From the IMG/VR virus record IMGVR_UViG_3300020411_000002: 64,000 bases of DNA. One strand, 5' to 3'. The stretch's first letter is position 1. Every line of letters begins with the position of its first letter. Under the pieces are notes generated by a model. The model searched no databases and was not told where the DNA came from. It was given only the letters and a program-made list of their open reading frames with translations. This document shows positions 37,726 through 46,396 of the stretch, in pieces. Source of the DNA: a virus (taxonomy: Duplodnaviria > Caudoviricetes). Made by a program: the position numbers and the translations under genes.

Positions 37726-38808
37726 TTATACTCGTTGACCTTTTGCTACAGAGCGAACGTTTGCAAGAACGAACGAGAACGTTTCAGCAATTAACCAACC
37801 TTTGTCAGTTGCGCCTTGGTTCGCACCATCAGTAGGAGTAGAACGTACACCGCGAGTAGTGTAAACGCCGTGGTTTTCAGGAGAAGATACAACGTAGATT
37901 TCGCCTTTATCAAGAACGCGTTGGTTCTGAGCGCGGAAACCGTCAGTCATAAGTTCTAGTCCAACTAGTGTACCGATTTTACCGTTAACAACTAGGTCGA
38001 ACTTGCTTACTGGATCAAGGAATGAGCTGAACTCAGGGTTACCGATAATGTCTTTCCAGAAGTCATTAGAGATAATCGCTTTGTTAGCAGACAAGTTCCA
38101 GTCAGTAACCTGTTCTTGCATTGACGCAAGCATCTTAGGTGTAAGTTCACCAGAGATATAAGTAAGATCGTTTGCACGACCTACAGTGCGGTCAGCAGCG
38201 CGTTTCCAGATACGGTCTTCGCCAGTCATGATAGCTTCCATAGCTTGATCGCGAATGTCGCGAAGCAGGTCGCCAGATGATTGGTCAAGTTCCATTTGAG
38301 ATACGCGAACGTTTGACTTAACTTCGTATTCAGATGGACGGAACTGACGATCACGAATCAGTTGATAACCCATTTGAGTTGGTGAAGTTGAGATAACCGC
38401 TTGCACTTCGTGGCGTGGCATATAAACGTTAGGGAATTCACCTTGACGTAGAGTTTTACCAACCGCTAAGTTACGCATAAAGCCAGCGCGTGAAGCTTGC
38501 TCAGAAATTTCGTCAGCTACAGCAGCACCCAGTGCAGCCCAGTCTTCAAGAGAAGCGTTAGCTTGTGCAACTAGCTCCGCTTCTTGACGAGAGATTTCTT
38601 CTGATGGAACATGTTCTTGCTTGATTTCGCCAGAAGCCGACATGCTCATGATCGTACTAATAGCTTCTAGTAGCTCGCCTTTATCGTGCGCGTTAATTTC
38701 GCCGTTAGAAGAAAGAGCAGATAAGCCGGAACCCGGCAGTTTCAAAGCTTCGATAGGATCGCCGTTCGCCAGTACATGACGGAAGTTACGTGCGTTAGAT
38801 TTGTTCAT
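37726..38808 (-). CDS. Major capsid protein (HK97 fold likely)
   Basis: 360 aa after scaffold and decoration genes; E-loop/backbone-helix pattern (AIMTGEDRIW), GKIGTLVGLELMTD; GGAG RBS and downstream terminator. Confidence 0.85.
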   Translation of the reverse strand: MNKSNARNFRHVLANGDPIEALKLPGSGLSALSSNGEINAHDKGELLEAISTIMSMSASGEIKQEHVPSEEISRQEAELVAQANASLEDWAALGAAVADEISEQASRAGFMRNLAVGKTLRQGEFPNVYMPRHEVQAVISTSPTQMGYQLIRDRQFRPSEYEVKSNVRVSQMELDQSSGDLLRDIRDQAMEAIMTGEDRIWKRAADRTVGRANDLTYISGELTPKMLASMQEQVTDWNLSANKAIISNDFWKDIIGNPEFSSFLDPVSKFDLVVNGKIGTLVGLELMTDGFRAQNQRVLDKGEIYVVSSPENHGVYTTRGVRSTPTDGANQGATDKGWLIAETFSFVLANVRSVAKGQRV

Positions 38809-38849
38809 GGTTTAATTACTCCAGATTCGTTTCACAATTACTGCAAAGA

Positions 38850-39557
38850 TTAAATAACTGATTCCAGTACTAGGAAAGCAGAAGAACTGGTTGGTGCTTC
38901 TGACACAACCCAGTTGGTTAATACGGTTCCGTCACCGCCAACAGTAAGATTACCATCAGCGCCAAGGCTTGGATGTACTGCGCTAGCCCAATCAACAGTT
39001 ACGTCGAAGTTTGAGATAGTAAGCTTAGTTGCAGTAATAACGCGACCAACGATACCCATTTCAGCAGAAGGGTTACCACCGATAGGACCTTCACCATGAA
39101 TAAGACGAGATTCAGCAACAGTAGGCTCGTAAGTAGATTGTACTTTAACTGCTTTGCCTTTGTCAGCATCGTTGAAGTAAAGAGTATCACCGTCAACAGC
39201 AACTTCACCGGCATTAGCAGGAGCAGAAGAACCAACAGACACTTTAGAAGAGTCAACAGCAGTACCGTCTAGGAAGATAGCGAAGTTGCTTTGATCAAGT
39301 TTTTGACCAGCAACAAATTTACCTTGGTCAGACACTGTGCCTTCAGTGATGAAAGGAAGCATACCAGGTGGCATTGCGCGGCTGATTGAGAAACCAGCGA
39401 AAACTTCTGAGTCATCAGCACCAGTAGAAAGACCAAGCTTAGTCTTACCGTCGTGCTTTTTGAATACAAGAGCCATACCTTCATCAGTGATAGGCTCGCC
39501 TGGAACGTAGTCACCTTCGGAAGTTTTTACGAACAAAGTATTTGCGTAATTAATCAT
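38850..39557 (-). CDS. Capsid decoration / cement protein (putative)
   Basis: 235 aa beta-rich ORF directly upstream of the MCP. Confidence 0.55.
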   Translation of the reverse strand: MINYANTLFVKTSEGDYVPGEPITDEGMALVFKKHDGKTKLGLSTGADDSEVFAGFSISRAMPPGMLPFITEGTVSDQGKFVAGQKLDQSNFAIFLDGTAVDSSKVSVGSSAPANAGEVAVDGDTLYFNDADKGKAVKVQSTYEPTVAESRLIHGEGPIGGNPSAEMGIVGRVITATKLTISNFDVTVDWASAVHPSLGADGNLTVGGDGTVLTNWVVSEAPTSSSAFLVLESVI

Positions 39558-39588
39558 TTGGAAATTCTCCGATTACAGATTTGATATC

Positions 39589-41559
39589 TTAGCGTGGCAG
39601 ATTTTTCAGCAGGCCAGCCGCGCGATTTTTGAAATCACCTGAAGCTACGCTAGACTGTGAAGTCATTGCACTAGATTCAGATTGTGGTTTACTCGCTACA
39701 GTGCGTGGCTGCAAGCGATTTTCGAAAGTGCTTGAAGTAGAAGCAGTGCCGTCTTTACGTGCGTAAGAAGCAGAAGCTACCATACGAGAAATTTCGTTTT
39801 GGGTTTCCGCAGGCTTCTTAACAAGTTCAACAGCTTGTTCTACCAGCATACTATTAAGGGTATCAGCGTTAGCTTCAAACACGTTGTCAACTAATTGACG
39901 AGCGTTTTCAACACCAGATGCCTTAAGAGTGTTTGCTAAGCTATCAATGATTGGGTTTGATTTACCATTGAATACACCACGGTTAATACCCATCATAGCT
40001 GTAGCCAGAGCAGCAGTGAAACGATCAACTACAGTAGCGTCACGTTCTTCCTGTGCAGAAGCATAAGCTTCAACTTTAGCTTGGGCGTCTGCGGCAACTG
40101 AGCGTTCAACTACGGTTTGCATAGTATGTTCGTCAAATGCGATAGACTCAAAGCCAAATTCACGTAGACCTTCCGATACACCGTTAGAAGCGATAGACTT
40201 CATAACAGCAGAAGCGAAGCTTTGTGAGCGGAAGATTTCTTTAACCGTGCCTTCAACGTTAGACTCTGATGCAACAGCAATAGGCGTAGCGCTATGCATT
40301 GCAATCCAGCGGTTTTCGCCAGCAACAGTTGCAGCATTAACTAGAGCAATCTTGTCTGCTTCCAGACCGTTTTCGCTTGCGTATGCTACCGCTTCCATAA
40401 CGTCTAAAGAAACCGTTACTTCGGCAACAGATGAATCAGATTCAACATCTTCTTCTTCTTCATCTTCAAGACCGTCTACGTCATCCGAATCTTCTTCATC
40501 TTCGTCATCTTCGTAAATGTCTTCTTCGTCGTCGCCTTCGTCTTCTTCATCGTCTTCAAGGTCGTCGTCTTCAAGGTCGTCGTCTTCAACGTCATCGTCG
40601 TCAGAGCTTGATACGATAGTAAGGTCGTCTAGGTCGTCGTCTTCATCGTCAAAGAGGTCGTCGTCTTCTAGATCGGCTTCGATTTCGTCTAACTCAGAAT
40701 CTTCATCATCGAAGATATCATCGTCTTCCATCATTCCGGCGTCCATTTCAAGTACAGACTGTTCCAGTTCTTGAATATCTTCTGGGTCAACAACCGCAGA
40801 CGAGCAAGACGGACAAACTGTAATGTCTTCACTTGAAGCAATAATGTGCATACCGCATTCTTCCGAATCAACACACTGGAAGTAGTGAGCTTCGTTGCCG
40901 TATTTGCTAGACAATGATTTAAGTACTGAGCTATCAGATTCAATGTCTTGTGCAGTTACGTCTTCGCCGTAGAACGGGCTGAACTTCACGTTATCGCTAC
41001 TGTTAGAAATAAATGATACATTAGTACCATCAACGTAAGATAAAGCAGGTTCGTGACCTTGAGCAATCGCGATAAAGTCTTGCTGCGCTTCTTCCATAGA
41101 AGAGGCTACAACGACAATACCTTGGCTGCCGCTAAGCTCACTGTAGTCGCTTGATTCAGATTCGAACTCTTCTTCAACGTCTGCTTCAAAATCAACATGA
41201 GCGTTACAAGAAGGGCAGTTAGAAACTGATTCGCAAGAGTCCGCAATGATATGAGTAGAGCATTCACTACACATAGCGTATTCTACAACTACCTTATCGT
41301 CGGGGTCAGCACTGGAAGTTACTTCGAGATCAGTATCCACTACATTCATGGTTTCACCACCGTCGCGAAGTGGATTCAAGAAAGTATTTCCTGAGCCTGC
41401 GACAGTAGCTAGTGCGAAAGAGTTATCACTAGAAGCGAGTACTTCTAAGCTTTCTCCAAGCGCAACCTTGGCGTAGTTACGGATAGCTTCATCCCGAGAA
41501 CTAGCAGTAACAACAATACCAGCGAAAGAAGGTTGCTGGGTTTTCTGTTTTACTGTCAT
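39589..41559 (-). CDS. Putative prohead scaffold: two Zn-ribbon domains, acidic tract, helical C terminus
   Basis: Duplicated GIVV.ASS..EA unit, each with Cys pairs ending CPSC; long D/E tract; first gene of the head operon with AGGAG RBS. Confidence 0.6.
   Translation of the reverse strand: MTVKQKTQQPSFAGIVVTASSRDEAIRNYAKVALGESLEVLASSDNSFALATVAGSGNTFLNPLRDGGETMNVVDTDLEVTSSADPDDKVVVEYAMCSECSTHIIADSCESVSNCPSCNAHVDFEADVEEEFESESSDYSELSGSQGIVVVASSMEEAQQDFIAIAQGHEPALSYVDGTNVSFISNSSDNVKFSPFYGEDVTAQDIESDSSVLKSLSSKYGNEAHYFQCVDSEECGMHIIASSEDITVCPSCSSAVVDPEDIQELEQSVLEMDAGMMEDDDIFDDEDSELDEIEADLEDDDLFDDEDDDLDDLTIVSSSDDDDVEDDDLEDDDLEDDEEDEGDDEEDIYEDDEDEEDSDDVDGLEDEEEEDVESDSSVAEVTVSLDVMEAVAYASENGLEADKIALVNAATVAGENRWIAMHSATPIAVASESNVEGTVKEIFRSQSFASAVMKSIASNGVSEGLREFGFESIAFDEHTMQTVVERSVAADAQAKVEAYASAQEERDATVVDRFTAALATAMMGINRGVFNGKSNPIIDSLANTLKASGVENARQLVDNVFEANADTLNSMLVEQAVELVKKPAETQNEISRMVASASYARKDGTASTSSTFENRLQPRTVASKPQSESSAMTSQSSVASGDFKNRAAGLLKNLPR
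40551..40595. repeat. 15-bp tandem repeat (two exact copies plus one degenerate) encoding DDDLE
   Basis: cgtcttcaaggtcgt x2 then cgtcttcaacgtcat. Confidence 0.8.
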
Positions 41560-41754
41560 TTCAAATTCTCCTAGGAGTCGTTAATGATACAAAGATGCAA
41601 TCTTACGCATAAGAGCGAAATACAACTGCTCTTTGCATAGTATAAAATTAAGTGAAAACAAGAATTATAGGTGAGGTTTTGAGGTGTTATTTTCAGATAT
41701 TTTTCAATGAATTTTGGAGATATTTTTAGAGGAAAATAGAGGAATTTTAGAAAT

Positions 41755-41783
41755 AAAAAAGCCCCGAATTAACGAGGCTTTTT
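41755..41783 (-). terminator. Intrinsic terminator
   Basis: Minus strand AAAGCCTCG-TTAATT-CGGGGCTTT followed by further T residues. Confidence 0.85.
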
Positions 41784-41800
41784 CCGTACTAAGAACAAAA

Positions 41801-42355
41801 TTAATCGTGAAAGAAAATAGCAGCTTTAGAACCATTTCTATCGAATACGTTTATATGGATACGTCCCGCATTTGGTAAAACGCCTTCATACGTAGTACCC
41901 GCTACACCGTCCATACGTTTAGACTTTAGATTCGATCCTATCTTAGTTAAGAGTTTTGAAACTGCATTTTTAGTTACGTTAGTACTATAACCTTTATTGC
42001 CTTGAACATCATGTCTTTTTAAAGGAGATCCTTTAATCTTATGTTCTTTCAAAAAACTATTAGCTCTTTTGTCAGAGGACTCAGATGAAGAGCTACCTCC
42101 GCTACTGTTTTCTTCAATATCAGAAAGTGCATCTTGTACCGTAGATTTATCTTTGAATATAAGATTCATGAACTTTTTAAGAGAATCTTTATCTCCATAC
42201 GTGTTCATTCTTTCTTCGTTGAAATCTGGATCGCGACCTGCGAACTCTAACTTAACACCTGCTTGATTTGCCATATCTAACAAATCTTCGGCAGTAGTTC
42301 CGTAGTCATCTTCCATGTGTGTAAGTTTGCCGTTTTTGACCGTAGCGTCTATCAA
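41801..42355 (-). CDS. Hypothetical domain, possibly translated as a -1 frameshift extension of 42430..43587
   Basis: Only a TTG start without RBS; frame is open upstream through the slippery site at 42439. Confidence 0.6.
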   Translation of the reverse strand: MIDATVKNGKLTHMEDDYGTTAEDLLDMANQAGVKLEFAGRDPDFNEERMNTYGDKDSLKKFMNLIFKDKSTVQDALSDIEENSSGGSSSSESSDKRANSFLKEHKIKGSPLKRHDVQGNKGYSTNVTKNAVSKLLTKIGSNLKSKRMDGVAGTTYEGVLPNAGRIHINVFDRNGSKAAIFFHD

Positions 42356-42429
42356 AGTTTCGTACTTATGAGAAGCATTCTTTATGTCTGCTTTTGTCGC
42401 ATAAGCTCCGCTCGATTTTTTCGGCTTAC

Positions 42430-43587
42430 TTACTTTTTTGCAGCAGTTTCCTTCTTAGCTGGTGCAGCTTTAGTCGCTGGTGCAGGTACGTCTTCAGGCT
42501 TCTTGTACTTAAAGCCTAAGTCTTTGATTTTATCCATTAGAGCTTTTTGCTCTTTCAAGATTTTATCTTTAGCCGCAGGAGTCTTAGCATTCGCCAAACG
42601 CGCTGTACGAGTAGCTAACTGTTTGAATAACGGATTAGCTTTCTTCATTACTTCTGGATCTTTCAGAAGCTTTGCATTACCGCCGCGTGGTGCTTTAGCT
42701 GGGGCTTTAGCAGGAGTCTTCGCTGTAGGCTTCTTACCACCTTTCTCACGAGCAGTAGCGTCTTTGATTGCGTTTTCCATTTTCTCAACGTATTCAGGAC
42801 GCAACTTACGATTCATCGCTTTAGCTTTCATCTTGAAGAACTTGAATTCTTCTTTTAGATCTTCACTGCCACGTTTATGTGCGTTAGCGCCTGGGCGACG
42901 GAAGTTACTTGGAGTCTTTGGTACACCCGGAGAGTTAGGACCTAACTTCTTACCAGCAGGTGCTTTAGCTGGGGTCTTACCAGTTTGCTTTGGATCTTTG
43001 TTTGCATTCTTATCGCCGCCAGTGATTACACTAAAGATACGACGAGCAGACATACGCGGACCGAGATACTGACGAGTAAGACGACCACCATTTGCAGGCT
43101 GCTTAAATACATGCCAACCTGGGGCAATCATGTTTGGTGCGCGTTTCTTACGACCCATTTGAACACCAGCACCTTGACCGCCAGTACCTTTCTTAGGTTG
43201 TGCAGAAAGCATTTCAAGAGTACCCATATCGATAACGGTATCTTCCATTGCTTCTGCTTCGATAGAAAGATCCATTTCGTCTTCATGATAATCTTCTGTA
43301 CCGTAGAACGGAGTTGAAGAAATAGATTCCATATCACGCAATGCAAAAATCTTTTGCTTCATTGAAGGCATGTACTTAACTTCTTTTGCAACGCGAAGTA
43401 GTACAATAGTTTCTTTCTTGGTTTTAAGAACGTAACGCCCAGGCTGCTTGTGTACAATACGCGGAGCAGGACGAATTTGCTTTAAAGCATCTTGTAAAGT
43501 CTTTGGAACTTCAACAGCCTTTTTGGCAGGTTTTTTACCACCAGCACGAGGTGCGCTTAGAGATTCAAACGTAATATTAATAGACAT
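42430..43587 (-). CDS. Basic histone-H1-like putative head protein with SLS tag
   Basis: MSINITFESLSA; KTPAKAPA twice; K/A/P-rich C-terminal half. Confidence 0.65.
   Translation of the reverse strand: MSINITFESLSAPRAGGKKPAKKAVEVPKTLQDALKQIRPAPRIVHKQPGRYVLKTKKETIVLLRVAKEVKYMPSMKQKIFALRDMESISSTPFYGTEDYHEDEMDLSIEAEAMEDTVIDMGTLEMLSAQPKKGTGGQGAGVQMGRKKRAPNMIAPGWHVFKQPANGGRLTRQYLGPRMSARRIFSVITGGDKNANKDPKQTGKTPAKAPAGKKLGPNSPGVPKTPSNFRRPGANAHKRGSEDLKEEFKFFKMKAKAMNRKLRPEYVEKMENAIKDATAREKGGKKPTAKTPAKAPAKAPRGGNAKLLKDPEVMKKANPLFKQLATRTARLANAKTPAAKDKILKEQKALMDKIKDLGFKYKKPEDVPAPATKAAPAKKETAAKK
42433..42439 (-). promoter_or_regulatory. Candidate -1 frameshift heptamer A AAA AAG
   Basis: In-frame GCA AAA AAG TAA; AAGGA 9 nt upstream; the -1 frame is open for 210 codons downstream. 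Confidence 0.55.
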
Positions 43588-43651
43588 AAGTGATTCCTTG
43601 TTGTTTCACTCTTTAAAATTAGAACTATCTGTTTTCTAAACTAGGTTAAAA

Positions 43652-44182
43652 TTAACCAAATCGCGTTCCAACAAATTTACCATTCCTATAAAGAGGTTTA
43701 GAAGCTTTTGGATCAAGCATACCAAGCTGAAATTCTTTGGTAGCATATTCACCACCACCAGGAGCGTGGTAATCTAAAAGGAATTTAAGAACGTTATCCT
43801 TTGAGCCGTGTACAGAAATCACCGAATCGCCACCAGGACCATAACCTGAATCCCAATTCTCAAAGCGGAAACTTACTTTGAATTTGTTAAATATGTCTAA
43901 CTGCTCTTCAAGTTCAATCAATGCGCTATCGTAAGCTTCTTGGTCATCAGCAGAATCAGGCAAAGTTATAGGTCTAGCTACTTTAAACTGTGAGCCCGTA
44001 AGATTTTCTATTGCAGATAACACATCGCCTATTGGCTGCACAACTAAGATAGTAGAATGGGCTTCACCTCCAGCAGTACCTGTATTACCAATTAGCTTTT
44101 GTGCTTGTGCAAGTTTACGTGCAACTCTCTTATAAGTGGAAGATCTTGCGCTAATGCTAGACAAGTTGATTGTTATATTCAT
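43652..44182 (-). CDS. SxS-tagged putative head protein
   Basis: MNITINLSSISAR; GPGGDSVISVHGSKDNVLKFL module. Confidence 0.65.
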   Translation of the reverse strand: MNITINLSSISARSSTYKRVARKLAQAQKLIGNTGTAGGEAHSTILVVQPIGDVLSAIENLTGSQFKVARPITLPDSADDQEAYDSALIELEEQLDIFNKFKVSFRFENWDSGYGPGGDSVISVHGSKDNVLKFLLDYHAPGGGEYATKEFQLGMLDPKASKPLYRNGKFVGTRFG

Positions 44183-44190
44183 AAAGTTTC

Positions 44191-44667
44191 CTATATAGTT
44201 TCGTACAGACGTTTGAGACCGTTCATCTTGCCGGGATAGCCTTTACGTTGCAACAAGTTAAAGAAGTCTACGGGTTTCATTTCATGTAACGGGTTGCTAT
44301 CTCTAGCTGTACCGCGCGGATGAATGTAGTCTTTAACGAAATCATCAAATTCGATTTCGTATTCTACACTGTCTTCAACAAACTCTAAGAACTGGGCCCA
44401 AAGTTTATCTTCGTCAGCAGTGTTTAGGTCTACAAGTTCGTATCTATCTACGTCACGCGCCGGTAGCTCTTTAGGATAAGCTAGTATGCCGTGTCTGTAG
44501 TTACGTGAATCACGAATACCAGCAAAGCGTTTATCTTTTGCAGCATTCTCTGCATCAATAAATTCTACTGGCTGTGGATTAGTAGGTTGAGCGCCGATTG
44601 AATATGGACGGAATTTCAATCCATAGTAAAACTTCTGCGGCGCGCTTAATGAGATAAAGATTTCCAT
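44191..44667 (-). CDS. DarA C-terminal-like domain protein (defence against restriction), SLS-tagged
   Basis: YYGLKFRPYSIGAQP...RHGILAYPKELP..DVDRYEL matches the DarA_C signature as recalled. Confidence 0.7.
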   Translation of the reverse strand: MEIFISLSAPQKFYYGLKFRPYSIGAQPTNPQPVEFIDAENAAKDKRFAGIRDSRNYRHGILAYPKELPARDVDRYELVDLNTADEDKLWAQFLEFVEDSVEYEIEFDDFVKDYIHPRGTARDSNPLHEMKPVDFFNLLQRKGYPGKMNGLKRLYETI

Positions 44668-46388
44668 TATACGTCTTTGCCTTCTTCTGCAAGCTTAACC
44701 ATCTTCTCAATAGTTACAGGCATACGGGTTTCCAGTTTGCTGTAGTAGTCTTTCAAGATAAGAGGGTCAATGTAGTTAGCAATAGCTGTAGCTACTGTAA
44801 GTTTACCATTAGCAAAGTGACCAAGGTCTTTAGCTACTTTAAGAAGTGCTTTCTTCAACCATTCGTTAACCTGCTTAGCATCAGGCTTACGCTGTCTTTC
44901 GTAAAGAGGGCACTTATCAATAATACTCTTTGCTAAACGCGTTCCACGTAAAGTACGGAATTTGTGAACTGTTACTTTTGGAGGCATACCTATTTCACGT
45001 AGATACTTGTTAACTACGTTTGCAGATATTGGACGACCGTTAAAAGTAATTAGTCTGTCTTTACGTACTTTAGGTTTGCGTTTTCCTTTTTCCAAAATGT
45101 TATCTTTGGCTAAAGTATCTAACATTTCAATCAAAAGGCGTTGATTGGGATTAGAAGTAACAAGTCTATGTCTTTGCTCTTGGCTCTTCTTGCCTGGATA
45201 CTTCAACTCACGATTGCTACCCTTCTTGTAGTAGTGTCCCACTTGAAGAGTAGTAATACCGTATGTAGGCTTACCATCAGTAGAGTTACTAGCACCACCG
45301 ATTCGTCCGTAAGTCTGGTATACTAACTCGCACACACCAGCAATAACACCAGTACGAGTAGTAATGCCTTCAGATTTGAAAGTGTCTAACCAACGCTTAC
45401 GAATACCATTTGCTTTCTTATCGAATACAGCAACAGCCGCAAACTTCTCTGCAACACCAGCAGCTTTGTGTTCAACAGTGTATATGTTTGACCAGCCTTG
45501 AGCCATAGGTGCTTTAGTCTGACAAACGTATCCATCGTCTTTCTTTGGATTGTAATTCGGATTCATCTGTACTTCACCGACAGGCGTACCATTTAGCATC
45601 TTGCCTTGTACAGTGTAGTACTTCATCTTATCGTCAATGTATCCAACGAAGCCTTCTGGAATTGGGTGTCTGCGAATACCAGCAGCTTTGATTTCGTCTA
45701 TAACAGTGCGTACACCAAGATAAGGTTTACCGCTTTGTCTAACGAGATTCATTACAAAGTTTTTGGGAATTGCATTAAGCTCACGCTTTAGACGATTGTA
45801 TTCTTTTAGCTTTGCAGTGTCTTTGTATTTCTTACGGGTGTCAGCATCAATGTCGATATCCAAACCACCCATAGAAGATGTAAGACGTTTAAGCTTTGTT
45901 TCTAATTCGTCTTGATCACCTAACTCAACCGAGAAGTGTCGAGCAATAGATGTATCGTTTAAATCAGACACAAGCACTGTAAGCTTGTCTAAGGCATTTT
46001 TTCTAGTAGTCTCGTCTTTACTGTTTACCACAGTATTGAACTTACGAATGACTTCTAGTTGCGCCCTTGAAACCGCATGTTCATTTGCGATAGATTCTTT
46101 CATTGCTTGGCGAATAGAGTATGAAAGATTAGTAGCGAGTTGCAACATATTCTCGCTGTCCCATATTAGGTACCCATCTTTCAAATATTCAACTAGCTCT
46201 TCAAATGATTCTTCATCTATATCAAAGGCGTGAACGAATTTGATTGCATTACTATACCAATCATCTAGATTAGCATAAACGTCGAGGGGCATTTTAAACC
46301 CCTCTTGTTCTGAGAACGCTACCATTGCTAAGATTTTTACAAAGCTATTAGCAACAGCAGGATTTACTCTGGAAAGTGATATTAACAT
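44667..46388 (-). CDS. DNA topoisomerase IB (bacterial/poxviral type) with N-terminal extension
   Basis: Catalytic set present: GRIG (Arg), ITTL..GH, YPGK (Lys), HKFRT (Arg), LGH (His), NYIDP (Tyr); begins MLISLSR. Confidence 0.85.
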   Translation of the reverse strand: MLISLSRVNPAVANSFVKILAMVAFSEQEGFKMPLDVYANLDDWYSNAIKFVHAFDIDEESFEELVEYLKDGYLIWDSENMLQLATNLSYSIRQAMKESIANEHAVSRAQLEVIRKFNTVVNSKDETTRKNALDKLTVLVSDLNDTSIARHFSVELGDQDELETKLKRLTSSMGGLDIDIDADTRKKYKDTAKLKEYNRLKRELNAIPKNFVMNLVRQSGKPYLGVRTVIDEIKAAGIRRHPIPEGFVGYIDDKMKYYTVQGKMLNGTPVGEVQMNPNYNPKKDDGYVCQTKAPMAQGWSNIYTVEHKAAGVAEKFAAVAVFDKKANGIRKRWLDTFKSEGITTRTGVIAGVCELVYQTYGRIGGASNSTDGKPTYGITTLQVGHYYKKGSNRELKYPGKKSQEQRHRLVTSNPNQRLLIEMLDTLAKDNILEKGKRKPKVRKDRLITFNGRPISANVVNKYLREIGMPPKVTVHKFRTLRGTRLAKSIIDKCPLYERQRKPDAKQVNEWLKKALLKVAKDLGHFANGKLTVATAIANYIDPLILKDYYSKLETRMPVTIEKMVKLAEEGKDV

Positions 46389-46396
46389 AGTTAACC

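Noticed and set aside
42317-43072. 251-aa plus-strand ORF and other plus-strand ORFs in the track
   Set aside because: They lie antisense to well-supported minus-strand genes, lack RBS support and have shadow compositions (e.g. poly-Ser opposite acidic tracts at 40247-40774 and 57774-58262).
44667-46388. Integrase or protelomerase interpretation
   Set aside because: GRIG / ITTL..H / PGK / KFRT / YIDP spacing fits type IB topoisomerase better; not fully excluded without HMM or structure search.
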